The notes under the pieces were generated by a model. It made no database searches and was not told the origin of the DNA. It saw only the letters and a list, made by a program, of their open reading frames with translations. This document shows, in pieces, positions 1 to 13,811 of a stretch of DNA of 64,000 nt. The stretch is from Eledone cirrhosa. Taxonomy: Eukaryota. Within the stretch, counting starts at the first letter, position 1, and each line of letters starts with the position of its first letter. Both the position numbers and the translations under genes were made by a program. Where the stretch lies: NCBI GenBank assembly GCA_964016885.1, contig OZ024743.1, positions 66,526,001 through 66,590,000 on the forward strand, written 5' to 3'.

Positions 1-367
1 AATAAGATTAATTTGGCTTCAAATGATACTGGACAGGAGTTACCTCCCATACGCTTGAAAGGTTGCTAACCCTTTGTATTTTTTCTTAAAAAATATAATC
101 GGCAAGATATGATTTATTATGGCGTATTGGAAGAGTCGTTGGAATGCCTATATCTCTTTCTCACTTCATCCGCCTGCCAATCTGTCTGCCTGCCAGTCTC
201 TCTAACCGACTGCCTCCCTGTCTATCTCTCTCTCTCTGATGGTGTTTTCTGATCTAGAGAGGTGATGGGGCTCCACTAGGTTTAAATTACCCAAGATACA
301 CCTTATGTCGTCAAGGTGATACTATGACTACATAAAAATATTGCGTCCATACATATATTACTTGACA

Positions 368-398
<31 letters not shown>

Positions 399-404
399 AG
401 AGAA

Positions 405-477
<73 letters not shown>

Positions 478-529
478 CAGAGAGAGAGAGACAGACAGAC
501 AGAGAAATTGATAAAAAGGTATAGAGGAA

Positions 530-684
530 GAATCAAGTACTTGACTGGTATTCATTTTTATCGACCTTGAAGGAATGAATGACAAAGTTGACCTCGGAGA
601 GATTTGAAATCAGAAAGCGTAGAGAGCCGGAACGAATAGCGCAAAGTATTCTATCTGATGTTCTAAACACTCTGCCAATTCACC
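530..684 (-). mobile_element. tRNA-derived SINE, MetaSINE-like core (family A)
   Basis: Minus strand resembles GGTGAATTGGCAGAGTG...TTCAAAT.CCGAGGTCAACTTTG.C.TTCAT.CCTTC..GGTCGATAAAA..ACCAGT, a motif repeated many times in this window; ends approximate. Confidence 0.75.
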
Positions 685-994
685 AACTTTAGTAATATAT
701 CAGGGAAGTATGGGCTTTACCTCACTTGAAGAGGACTAGATAGCAGATGCTATAACTTTATTGGTAAGATCACTGGGGTAGCGATGATATTGGTTGCTGA
801 TATTTATGCCTATATACATATGTAACTACACAAGCTAACTATTTGTCAGTATTGCGTATTGGTTTCATTATTAAAATAGATCTGTCCCAAGCCCAGAAAA
901 ATCCTCAAGTCAGTACTTATCAGAGAGTGAAATACCTGAGCCTGGCTGACTTTAAATCGGTCTCCGTCGAGATCTCTGGCTGTAACTATGCTGC

Positions 995-1155
995 GGACAC
1001 CATGCTTTGCAATATAGTTACGGCCCTTTACGGGCTGAGTTCAAATCCCGCCGAGGTTAACTTTGTCTTTCATCCTTACGGGGTCGATAAAATAAAGTAC
1101 CAGTAATGCACTGGAGTAATTGCTGGCGCTGTGCCAAAAGTAGAAACAATTATTA
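995..1155 (+). mobile_element. SINE family A (MetaSINE-like core), partial
   Basis: GAGTTCAAATCCCGCCGAGGTTAACTTTGTCTTTCATCCTTACGGGGTCGATAAAATAAAGTACCAGT (B-box plus core). Confidence 0.75.
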
Positions 1156-1584
1156 AAATAGGTATGTCCCAAGCCCGGAAAAATCCTCAAGTTAGTGTTT
1201 ATCAGAGAGTCAAATACCTGAGTCTGATCGACTTTGCACAGGTCTCCGTCGAGACTTCTGGCGTCCTTGCTCTCTGCACTGCTGATTTCCTCCGGGATGT
1301 CGGAAAGACGAAGGCCCGCTTGAGGAGGAAACCTTGTGAGGTGGGGTGGCTGTTGTAGCGGGTTGTCTCTGGCGGTAACATCTTTGTAATTTTGTCCGTG
1401 GGGCGCGGTTGAAGCATCTTTCAGACAGGGATACAGTGTCTGTCAATCCCCCTCTCCCTTTCTTTCGATATGTGATCACTTTTTCCTTTCTTTTTCTTCC
1501 ATTTTTGTTCCCTTTAAAAGTGTTTCGTTTCTATTAGATACTGCTCAGTAATTTTTATATGATGTCAATGGTTTTTCATAATAT

Positions 1585-1770
1585 AATTGTTTCTACTTTA
1601 GGCACAAGGCCAGCAATTACCCAGTGCATTACTGGTACTTTATTTTATCGACCCCGTAAGGATGAAAGGCAAAGTCAACCTCGGCGGGATTTGAACTCAG
1701 ATCGTAAAGGGACGTAACTATGCTGGAAAGCATGGCGTCCGACCCTCTACCGATACTGCCAATCCACCAA
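1585..1770 (-). mobile_element. SINE family A (MetaSINE-like core)
   Basis: Plus strand ACTGGTACTTTATTTTATCGACCCCGTAAGGATGAAAGGCAAAGTCAACCTCGGCGGGATTTGAACTCAG is the reverse complement of the family core. Confidence 0.8.
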
Positions 1771-2061
1771 TATAATGATGTTTTTTATAATGAGTATGTT
1801 TGTTTTTCATAGAGAAAGTTATAACAAAACTGTACTTCCGGGTTACTGTTTTAAAAACGGTACCTATATAGAAATTTGAGATATCTAAAGAAAGACGAAG
1901 ATTCATAGCAGAACAAAGCTGTATATTCTCCAGTTCTATTAAAGTATATAGATTACCATTTAGAAGTTAACGGGAAATAACTCACAAAGATGCATTGGGC
2001 GATTTATTTCCCTTTGATAATTAATTGGATTATTTATAACGAACCTCTTTTAATGAAGTAT

Positions 2062-3052
2062 GAAGGATCGTGGTTTTGTGGTTAGGGTATTCGCCTCACA
2101 GTCGTAAGGTCCTGAGTTCAATTTCCGGTAGCGCGTTGTCCCCTTGAGCAAGACACTTTATTTCTCATTGCTCTTGCCCATTCAGCTGGCAAAACTGAGA
2201 CTTGTTACGTTGAATCTCCCTGAGAACTACGTTGAGGATACGCGTGTCTGTGAAATGCACAGCCACTTGCACGTTAATTTCACGAGAAGTCTGTTTGGAT
2301 CAACTGGAGCACTCGTCGTCGCAACCGACGAAATGCCAGAGACTTACCTATCGCTTACTGTGAAGGCGCACGGCTTAGTGGCTAGAGTGTTGGGCTAGCA
2401 ATCGTGAAGTTGTGAGTTCGATTCTCGGACCAGGAGATGCATTGTGTTCTTGAGCAAGACACTTTATTTCACGTTGCTCCAGTTTAATCATCTGTAGAAA
2501 TGAGTTGTGACGTCTCTGGTGTCAAGCTGTATCGGTCATTGCCTTTCCCTTAGACAACATCGATGGCATGGTGAGGGGAGACTGGTATGTATAGGTGACT
2601 GCTTCCACAAACCTTGCCTAAGGGAATGTTCTAGGTGCAAATTCCATGATCAATCGTGAGCGAAGGGGGTCTTTACTCTTTATATCAATTACTACAACCG
2701 TCACTTGCAATCATTTATGAGATAATAATGTACACCATGCTATCGTTTAGATGAAGGCGCGTGGCTCTGTGGTGGAGGTATTCAGCTCTCAATCGTAAGA
2801 TTGTGTGTTCGAATCCCGGCGGCGCTTTGGGTCCTTGCGCAAAACACTTTATTTTACGTTGCTCCAGTTCACTTAGCTGGCAAAATGAGTTGTACCTGTA
2901 ATTCGAGGGCCATCCTTGTCGAATTCTGAGAACTACATTAAGGGTACACGTGCCAGTGGAATGCTCAGCCACTTGCGCGTTAATTTCACGATCAGGCTAT
3001 TCCAGTGATCGGCTCAACTGGAACACTCCTCGTCGTAACCGATGGCGTGCCA
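2062..3052 (+). mobile_element. Three tandem tRNA-derived CORE-like SINEs (family B): ~2062-2338, ~2362-2680, ~2753-3052
   Basis: Each begins GAAGG.. with an A-box (e.g. GGCTTAGTGG), then a B-box (GTTCRA..) and a TTGNGCAARACACTTTATTT CORE-like segment. Confidence 0.8.
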
Positions 3053-3284
3053 GTCATCACTTAGAGTTTTAGGTGACCATTCAATTGTGAGAAGACACGG
3101 AGTCCCTCTCTTGCCTGCTTCTTTAATCCAGCGAAACATCCAGGATGTGACAGCTGTAGGAAAAAGAGCTGCCTCAGTACAACACTCGAACTTCTTTTAT
3201 CGTTCCTGAAAGCATGAAAGAAAAAATTAACATCGGCGCGGAACAAATATCCGACGCTCTAACGACCCTTTCACATTGACCGTA

Positions 3285-3360
<76 letters not shown>
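3285..3360. repeat. (TATC)n microsatellite
   Basis: Direct reading; abuts the RTE tail. Confidence 0.95.
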
Positions 3361-3362
<2 letters not shown>

Positions 3363-4310
3363 AAGTTAAGTTAAGGTATCCTTTTGTCAGCTCGGCTGGA
3401 GCAGTGTCTCCGGTGGCTAAACAGACCTATATGTGAGTGACAGTCTCTGTCACATTCATCATATCTGTATATGGTCTCTGGTCTTAAGGATTTATTGCGC
3501 TCCTTTCGCTGGGCTCGCCCTTCCGCCGTTGCAGTCATCAAACTCTCCTCCCCCGATTTGAGGTGTTGATTCAGGGTGTTTCTATACTTGGCCGGTCAGC
3601 TGCGAGGCCCTCCCAGGATACTGTGTTGATCTAAATGGCTTTCATATCTCTCTTAACAATGTCCTTGTATCGCAGCCGAGGTCGACCTGTGGCTCTCTTT
3701 CCAGAGGCCAGTTACCCATATAAGATGTCTTTTGGGATGCAGCCATCATTGATGCGGTGGACGTGTCCCAGTCAGCGTAGTCTGCACTGTCGGAGCAAGG
3801 TAAACATGATGGGAAGGCCAGAATATACCCAAGATACGTCGCAGGATTCTCAGATGGAAGGTGTTGCGCAACCTCTCCTCTCTAGCATATGGGGACCATG
3901 TCTCACTGCCATACAGCAGTGTGCCGATGACATAGACATTGTACACAGCTATCTTGGTCTTTACCTCCAGCTTAGGGTTTGTCCACACTCGGTTTGTGAG
4001 GTGAGCAAATGCTGTGGCTGCCTTCCCAATCCTCCTGTCTAACTCTGTGTCCAGGGAGAGGCTGTCGGTGATGGTGGAACCGAGGTAGGTAAACTGGTGG
4101 ACGGCGTCAAGCTCATAGTCATCGATTTTGATGACCGGTGGTACTTCTGTGTCCTGTCCCAAGACTTGTGTCTTCCCATGGCTAATGGTCAGTCTAAAAT
4201 CCCTGCAGGCCTGGGAGAAGTGGTCCGTCAGCATCTGGAGTTACTGCTGGTAGTGCATCGCAGCTGCTGCATCATCAGCAAACAGCATGACTCTAATGAG
4301 CCTCTGTGAA
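3361..4310 (-). mobile_element. RTE-clade LINE, 3' part (RT C-terminus, 3' UTR, (CTTAA)n tail)
   Basis: ORF 3746-4234 has FTYLGSTITDSLSLDTELDRRIGKAATAF..L..RVW...LLYGSETW; the LFADDAA motif lies just upstream; TTAAG x3 at 3361. Confidence 0.9.
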
Positions 4311-4319
4311 TTGCCTTAC

Positions 4320-5780
4320 AAGTTCTGGTTAGTACATCTTGCTGACATCATGGCAAGGATTCCCCTGTTTATTGACTCGATGGAATCTCTTCGGTTGCAG
4401 CCTGATTTTGCAATACACCAGGCTTACTTGGTGAGGGGGTGATTATTGGACATCCTGCAGGACAAAAAAAACCTGTCAAAGGGCGGAGGAACTCGTGTGA
4501 GTCAACGGCCATCCATTAGCATGTACATATGTGGGCTGCAGTTAGGTCAGGTTGTTCTGGTTTCCATGGATTGTCCTGCTACTGGCTATCATGCAACCCT
4601 GTCACAATGAGCCAGATGGAGGTTGTTAGCCTTGGCAGGTAGTCCATTTAGGAGAAGGAAAACTCTGAATCCAAACCTCCACCGCCTTATGGAGATATCC
4701 AGTCATGGGAATGCTTCAGGAGTAAGCCATGTGGAAAAATCCGGAGTCGGAGCCCCTAAGGCAGTTCGTCGTTGATTACAACTTCGTTTTGGCAGCTCCT
4801 GCGACAGTGCTTCTGCCGAACTGTAGCAGCTTCGCTTCTACTTTGGATTCAGCAGCGTTGTGGAGAGGTGGGGACATGTTACATGAGCAACATCCTGTCC
4901 TCCAGATCACATCGCCCAGGCTTGCATCCATCCACTCTATTCTATGCATCACTCATCAACACAACCTGCACCATACACCTGGAGAGGACACTCCAGCTTC
5001 GCCTACAGCGTGGACACAACACAAGGGGTATTAGTTACCGGTGATACCACTTCAATCATTTGGCGTAGAGCAAGGCACCAGAGGTTGCTCCCGATGGCGG
5101 GAGAGATTTTCAGATCTTACTGGACAGCTAACGCTCGCATCAAGCTGGGAAGCCGCCAGCCAGTAAGGTTCTATTTCGTCACAGTATGCTTTCCTCGTTG
5201 GGTGCATGAGGATTAGGATTCATCCGAACAGCAGATTGCAACCTTTGCACCAGGTAAAATAACCAGGCAACACAAGAGACCAGCTCTAAAACTGGGAACA
5301 TGGAATGTCCGGGTAGTGACTGGCCTTTCTAACAACATACTGAACATCAGTGACTACAGAAAAACAACTGTGATTAACACCGAGCTGAAGAGATTAAACT
5401 TTGATATTGCCACCCTTCAGGAAATGCGACTGGCAGACTCGAGTACACTGAAGGAAAAATACTACACGTTCTACTGGCAGGGGTGCGACTCAGACGAGCC
5501 CAGAGAGCATGGAATAGGTTTGACAGTGAAGTACAGTCTGCTGAGTATGGTAGAACCAGGGGATAATGGCTTAGAGAAACTTCTGACTCTCTGCCTCAAC
5601 ACCACCGCAGGTCGCGTCGCCCTTATCAGCGTATATGTCCCAACCGTCCTCCACATCAGAAACTCCTAATACCGCACCAAGCAGCAACACGAGGTCTCCT
5701 GGAGACATCCATGCTCAAAACACTGGCACCGCTGGAACTCGTTCTGGTCAGATGGACCGCCAACAAGAACGTTCTCCACA
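4320..5780 (+). mobile_element. RTE-clade LINE, 5' part (5' UTR and decayed APE endonuclease)
   Basis: LKLGTWNVR at ~5286; ORF 5316-5669 ..DIATLQEMRLAD..YTFYWQG..HGIG..ISVYVPT; later SW.HP.SK.WH.L.LVL; UTR motif TAGGAGAAGGAAAACTCTGAA. Confidence 0.85.
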
Positions 5781-6334
5781 CACGCTCCTATATCTCTCTC
5801 TTTCTCTCTGTCTGCCTCTCTCTCGCTCTCTGTATATATATATATATGAGGCAGCACGATTATACCAGCTCTGAGTTGTAGCTGACCACCAGGCTAAAGT
5901 CTCCCAGGTTGGCCACAACTTACTTTCCCTATTTTTCCACGGTTACTTTTTTGCATGTTTCTTTCACCTGTGTCTTCCCACGATGGGACCTGTACATTTT
6001 TTTTCTCCTATTCCTTCCTCTTCTTCCTCTCTCCTCATCTTTTTCCACCCTGTTCTTCCTCCTTTCCCTCTCTTTCCTTTTCTCTCTCTTTTTTTCTCCT
6101 CCTTTTTTTCCCTCTTTCTCTCTCCTTTTCCACCTGGCCTTTTGATTAATAAAAGGCTTCGGGCGCACCCGAACTACACCGATCTCCTGTAATTCAACGC
6201 CGAAACATCGGTCCGGGAAACATTTACAGCTGACGATGGAAAATCCTTTTTCCTTTCTCCTCCTGTTCCGTCCTAACCACCATCCTAAACCTTGTTTTTA
6301 GTAACCACACAACTCCTTTCGTTTCATAACTTTT

Positions 6335-7074
<740 letters not shown>

Positions 7075-7308
7075 ATAAGGCAGTCGATGCGTTAAGGTCG
7101 TTAGAGCGTTGGATATTTGTTCCGTGTCTCTGTGATCTGAGTTAATGTTGTATATATATAATAAAGAGTTGACGGACCCACCATATTTATCAATGCCAGG
7201 ACCTGTTGTATCTCAGCGTACTCAATAGGCAATGTAGGATACATTCCCAGAGTATACACATAGTTATTCGCTTCAATACAACACACGTAAACGGGTGCCT
7301 ATAGTAGT

Positions 7309-7421
7309 TCCTGGATTCGAGTTTCGGCCACACTTAATGCAGCAGTAGGGCGCACTGCACCCGCTGTTTGCATATATTATGCAACAATGCATAATCAGCG
7401 CATGTGGCTTCATCACCGGGT
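7309..7421 (-). ncRNA. Decayed type I hammerhead ribozyme motif
   Basis: GTGATGA AGCCACA..~70 nt..TGTGGCC GAAA CTCGAA TC CAGGA; C3 is mutated and stem I is imperfect. Confidence 0.5.
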
Positions 7422-8074
7422 ATCGCCTAATCAATAACCAATCGATCGACAGAATCCAAACCCCAGCCCATGCCGGCTATGACTGTTTGTGACGGCCGAC
7501 ACAGTAAAGTGATTAGCAACTGGAATCTGATACAACTCTGTCCCTTGACCAGCCACCGATTTACAAACATTACGTGGTGGCGGGAGATTAGAAAACAAAT
7601 ATTTTCGCTCCCGTCAAAAGACCTCAGCTAACGTGTCTCAAACACTAATTAATAAGATAGTGAAAAGTTGGTTATTAGAAATACATATAAATATATTTAG
7701 AAACTAAAAGTCCTTGACCCAGTGGTTTGAGTATCCATCTAGCTGACTATTCAAACGATTAAGTTGATCATTATGACAATATATAAGCAACAATATTAAC
7801 AAATATAACGAAATATTATCATCTGTTTTGTCGCCAGTTTAGTTGAAAACACTTACAGTGTACTTGAAGAAGCTCAAGTACAGAGTGTCCGAATACTGAA
7901 AGGCAGGGCTGTGAACATTTCGTGCATAAGAAGACATACACACACATATATATACTAGGTGTTATCAGAACGTTTCCCCAGTGCAGGTACAGGGATTGTA
8001 TGATACATGATCAGCCTACTGAATTAATGTACAAATAAACATCGTTGTAGTAAGTACAACGGTCACGAATGATC

Positions 8075-8387
8075 AGGATTTTGCATCCAGAAAGTTCCCC
8101 TCCAAGGCACAAGAGTTGGCAAGGTGTGTTTGTGGAAGACTATTAGTCGCCCATGCATGCTGGTCTCCCTTCTCCACGTCACCGATGTTGTCCAAAGGAA
8201 AGGCAAAGGCTGATATAGCTCGACACCAGTGACATAGCAATTCACTTCTACAGCTGAGTGGTAAACCAGAACAACCTGAAATAAAGTGTCTTGCTCAAGA
8301 ACACAACGCACGGCCCGGTCAAGGATTCGAACTCACAACTTCACGATTGCAAGCCCCAAACACTAACCACTAAGCCATGTGCCTTCA
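8075..8387 (-). mobile_element. SINE family B (CORE-like)
   Basis: Minus strand GAAGGCACATGGCTTAGTGGTTAG..GAGTTCGAATCC..TTGAGCAAGACACTTTATTTC. Confidence 0.85.
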
Positions 8388-8425
8388 CAAATAATAAGCA
8401 TCATGCTATTTACCTTTGTTCAATT

Positions 8426-8870
8426 ATGATGCAGGGTAAATTCGAGCAACGTTTCTGTGTCAAGTTATGTATGAACTCTAATAATTCTGCCAACGAAATC
8501 TTCAAATTGTTTCGTCAGGCTTTTGCCGAAAATTCTTCCGTCTCCTATACGTTCCTCCGTGGTAGGCGCGAGTCAAGGCCGGTGGGACGTCGGTTCAAAA
8601 TGAGGAACGTGTAGGGAAAAAACATTCACTCGCAAAATGTTAGAAAATGTGGACAAGTTCATGAATGAAATCATTCACAATGACCGCTCCCAAACAAGCT
8701 TTTAACATTCTCTTTCATACATGACCGTGATAAATAATGGAACTTATTACGTAATTTGAAAGGAAAACTTAAATATAAGTCTCATAACTGCGAAGTTTGT
8801 ACTCGTTTCTTTAAAAATTAGATCTTTACCCAAAAGAAAATTGAAATTTACAGTTGAGCTTCGGGACATT
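8426..8870 (+). mobile_element. Decayed mariner transposase N-terminal (HTH) fragment
   Basis: EQRFCVKLCMNSNNSANEIFKLFRQAFAENS followed, after a frameshift, by W.ARVKAGGTSVQNEERVG-like sequence; resembles mariner HTH domains. Confidence 0.6.
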
Positions 8871-9128
8871 GGATGAAATCCATCTGAAATCATAGGAACA
8901 TGGGATAGCTTTCCAGAAGAGGACTTCTCTTGTATTTTTCATGCATGGAAAATTCACTGAGATTGCCGTCTATATTCCCAAGTCAATTATTTCACACACA
9001 CACATACAGATATACAGACACACATAATCACACACACTCACACACACATATATATGGATTGGACCTCCGTTGGTTTCGACAAGGAGTGTTCCCTTTGTTT
9101 GATCTGTTTTTTCCTCCTATAACTATTA

Positions 9129-9198
9129 TGCAATATACACCTGATGATGTAACTAGATTCATACTAAACTGGCCGCTGAAACGTGCATAGTGTTTGCA
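9129..9198 (+). ncRNA. Degenerate type I hammerhead motif
   Basis: TGCAA-tat-ACAC CTGATGA(9141)...GAAA(9178) CGTGCA TA GTGT-TTGCA; stems II and III are imperfect. Confidence 0.45.
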
Positions 9199-9261
9199 GA
9201 AATAAAAATTTGAAGGAATTCAACATGTCCATCTTCCTGGCTTTTTATTCCATAATATACT

Positions 9262-9312
9262 AGCTTCCTGATGATTTCTCACGAATGAAACAGTTCTAGT
9301 CCTGTAGAAGCT
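9262..9312 (+). ncRNA. Type I hammerhead ribozyme motif
   Basis: AGCTTC CTGATGA tTTC-tcac-GAAt GAAA CAG-ttctagtc-CTG TA GAAGCT: 6-bp stem I, 3-bp stem III, GUA site, U.U mismatch at the base of stem II. Confidence 0.7.
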
Positions 9313-9346
9313 CTTCTATATTAAAACATTTATACTCTGCTATATA

Positions 9347-9401
<55 letters not shown>

Positions 9402-9639
9402 CGCACACGCACACACGCGCGCGCGCGCACACACACATATAGATATATATTATATATGCATATATATATATATATATTATATACATATATATATACATGC
9501 ATACATATGGACATACATCCATGTGTATATAAGTATATTCCAAGTAAGCTAGTTGGCTGACGAATTAAATATGCGCCTGTCTCTTCGTCTTATGTAACAG
9601 TTTGGGAATTATCTCTCTCTTCTTTCTCTCTCTCTCTCA

Positions 9640-10597
<958 letters not shown>

Positions 10598-10920
10598 TTA
10601 TTTATTTATATGTGTGTGTGTGTGCTTATGTGTGTATATGCTTGTGCTTATATGCGTGTGTGTACGCACACACACAAAATGTTAACGAAGCATTTATCAC
10701 GCTCTTGAACTGAAATTATGTGGTGATTAAATTATTAAAGTATACTTAAACAAGCCAGAAAAATGGCGCAGTTATTAGAAGTGAATGGTGGTATCAAGCT
10801 GGCCATTGAGGAATTAGCAGATTTGTTTCGCCTCAATGACCTTGAGAAATGTTACCATTCACAGAAATATAATGAAACGTAGTTTCATACATGTATTATC
10901 ATCATATATGAATATATATA

Positions 10921-11218
10921 AATAGGAAAATGTTCAAGACCCCGACGGCAGAGCTCGAACCGTTTCGACGGCTATTTCTGGACTAAATTAGATTTTTAGC
11001 GTGGTAATAAATAGCCGAACTTTTCATGGGGTAATTCCTTATATGGAAAGATTTTAGTTGTCAAAAGGATTGGTCAAAATTTCTTGTAAACACAATTAAA
11101 TCTTTCATGGCGGTGGGTGGAAAGATTTGAACATTTTCCTATTACCCACTCTACTACCCTAAGTATTGAGTACTCTGGTGCGTTATGGTCCTCCTGGTTC
11201 CTTACCACATTTCCTTCG

Positions 11219-11222
<4 letters not shown>
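10921..11222. mobile_element. ORF-less Penelope pLTR derivative, same family as 14931-17342
   Basis: 10921-11100 is a diverged homolog of 15011-15190, with a decayed minus-strand hammerhead at 10939-11032; 11127-11222 is the inverted tail matching 14931-15017; flanked by (TA)n. Confidence 0.8.
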
Positions 11223-11278
<56 letters not shown>

Positions 11279-11493
11279 TATTTACGTATCGAGAAAGAGA
11301 AAAAAAGGGGTGGATAGGTGATACATATAGTTATTTGCCAAGTAGCGTATGCCAAAGGTGCTCGATACTACTGCCGGCAGTATTAAATATTCGAAGTGTT
11401 AATATTTAGTGGGCTAGAGAGTTAGCAGAGCGTAAGCACGTGGGAAAGTAAGAAATCGGAGAATAGAACGTTAAAACATGTTTATTTAAAACA

Positions 11494-11533
11494 GCACCTA
11501 CGTACGTTTCGCCCAGTTGGGCTTCTCAAGGGC
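11494..11533 (-). ncRNA. Minimal type I hammerhead motif, U3-A8 core
   Basis: GCCC TTGAGAA GCCC-aact-GGGC GAAA CGTACG TA GG-t-GC, followed by AATAAA. Confidence 0.7.
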
Positions 11534-11673
11534 ATAAACAATCAAAAGTGTTCCTTACATTGCTCGGAAAGAGTTTTGGGGGTTAAGTCCACGTCAAGGC
11601 TCATTGCTCGCAAAAATAGCTTCTTTTGATTTTGCAGCAGGTCAAGGGAGGTATTGTTAGGATTAGGGTATGT

Positions 11674-12000
11674 GAAGGCGCATGGCTTAGTGGTTAGAGC
11701 ATTGGGCTTGCAATTGAGAGGTTGTGATTTCTATTCTCGGACCGGCTGACGTGTTGTGTCCTTGACCAAGACACTTTATTTCACGCGCTCCAGTTCACTC
11801 AGCTGTAGAAATGAGTTGTGACGTCACTGGTGCCAAGCTGTATTGGTCATTGCTTTTCCTCTGGACAACATTGGTGGCGTGGAAAGGGGAGACGGGTATG
11901 CATGGGCGACTACTGGTCTTCTAGAAAACAAAAATTGCCCAGGCTTGTGCCTCGGAGGGAAACTTTCTAGGTGCAAAACCATGGTCATTCGTGACCGAGT
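11674..12000 (+). mobile_element. SINE family B (CORE-like)
   Basis: GAAGGCGCATGGCTTAGTGGTTAGAGC...GTGTCCTTGACCAAGACACTTTATTTCACG. Confidence 0.85.
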
Positions 12001-12024
12001 GGGACGAAAAAAAAAAAAAAAAGA

Positions 12025-12286
12025 TTAGGGTTAAGTTAGATTTTGGGTTAGGGGTAGGTTTCTGGTTATGGCGAGGGTTAGGTTTAAGTTTAGTGCTAGG
12101 TGTTATGGTTAGCGTTGGCGGTTAAACATAATATTATGCGTAGAATTAGTGTTTGGGTTTAAGGGTTTAGGGTTAGCGCTAGGTGTTACGTTAGCGTAAG
12201 AAGTTAGTGATAGGATTAGGGGTAGAACCAGGGTTTTGGTTTCAGTTCAGGTTAGGTTTAGATTTAGTATTATGAGTTAGGGGTTA
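12025..12286 (+). repeat. Degenerate interstitial (TTAGGG)-like tract
   Basis: TTAGGG, TTAGGT, TTAGCG and TTTGGG hexamer variants in register. Confidence 0.7.
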
Positions 12287-12419
12287 AACGTGTGTGTTTG
12301 TATGTTTATGTGTATGTATGTGGTGTGTTCTGTGGGGCTCGTGTGTGTTTAGAGTATATGAGTGAGTGATTTTAGCATTTGAGTATATATATATATGTTT
12401 ATATTTGAGTATATATATA

Positions 12420-12580
12420 TGCAACGAATTGACAGAGTCGTTAGTACGTCGGATAGAATGCTTTGCGGTATTTGTTTCCGCCCTCTGCTCTCTGAGTTCA
12501 TATCCCACCCAGGTAAACTTGCCTTTCATCCATTCTAGGTCGATAAAATTGTACTAATCAAGTATGGGTGTTGATTCTTC
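12420..12580 (+). mobile_element. SINE family A
   Basis: GAATTGACAGAGTCGTTAG...GAGTTCATATCC...CTTGCCTTTCATCC.TTCTAGGTCGATAAAA. Confidence 0.7.
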
Positions 12581-12934
12581 CGCTATATCTTTTTCTCACT
12601 TCCTCTCTCAGGAAGGAATCTGCTGTATTCAGACAGAGAGAGGAGATGGGCTCCACCAGGTTAAAAAGAATGCCCTAGAAACTCCGTATGTGAATATGGC
12701 GCCCACACGAGTCCCCTAGGAGGTACGAGACCATGCATGCAAGTATATACATATTTACTGTATATGCATGTGGGATTCAAATTGTGCTTAGTTTGTACGT
12801 GTGTTATATAATTAGGTATCCACAAGTTATATGCAGGCGTTTAATGTTGAAATCCTTTTTTATGTATGTCGGTATGGTGGGTGCTCTAAGATAGAATGTT
12901 TTGTTTGGTGGAAAATCCAAAGGTGGTATTAATA

Positions 12935-13372
12935 ATTGTTTCTAGTGTAGGCATAAGGCCAGAAATTTTAGGGGCAGGGTAAACTCGATTAAATCGACCC
13001 CAGTGCATCACTGGTACCTTATTTTATTGACTCCGCAAGGATGAAATGTAAAGTTAACTTCGGTGAGATTTGAACTCATAACGTAAAGGGCCGTAACTCT
13101 ATGTTGTAAACTCTGTCGTCCGACGCTCTGCCAATACTGCCAATCTACCACTCTGAAGGTGGTATTAATAATGAGTTCTGATTTAGGCCAAATTTTGGGG
13201 AGGGATAAGTCGATTAAATCGACCCAAATGCATTGCTGGTACTTTATTTTATCAAACTCGCTAGGATGAAGGGCAAAGCTGACCTCGGCTGAATTTGAAC
13301 TCAGACTGTAAAGTAGCGTAACTATATGCTACAAATTATACCGTCCAACGATCAACCGATGCTGCCAATCCA
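12935..13372 (-). mobile_element. Two tandem SINE family A copies
   Basis: Two reverse-complement cores near 13010-13080 and 13237-13303. Confidence 0.8.
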
Positions 13373-13737
13373 ATGGCCTAGGTGTGGTATTAAAAATATT
13401 GTCAAGCTAAAAGAATATGCAAGAGTTGTATGTGTAAAATGAATTGAGTTGTTAAAAGAATAATATTTTGCCATAGGCTACGAGAAGTCCAGCGTATTTA
13501 CCGATACTTTGGCAGGCAATGTAGGTCCACGACGTACACACTCGTAGATAACTATGCATACATTTGAAACGAGGCGTATATGAAAGAATATAGAATATGT
13601 GAGTATTGCTAACAAGCCGCGCTCTGAGTCGCAACTATCTCAGAAACTGTGTGAGAAATACTTGTATGTATTAATACGACTGTTAATAACTAGCATTGTA
13701 ACCGTTGTATTCAACCTGTTGGGGACAGATCATACGT

Positions 13738-13801
<64 letters not shown>

Positions 13802-13811
13802 TAGATATATA

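Noticed and set aside
2362-2435. tRNA-like A and B boxes
   Set aside because: These are SINE heads followed by the SINE core, not tRNA genes
6195-6250. CGAAAC..GTC and CTGACGA close together
   Set aside because: Stems I and II do not pair
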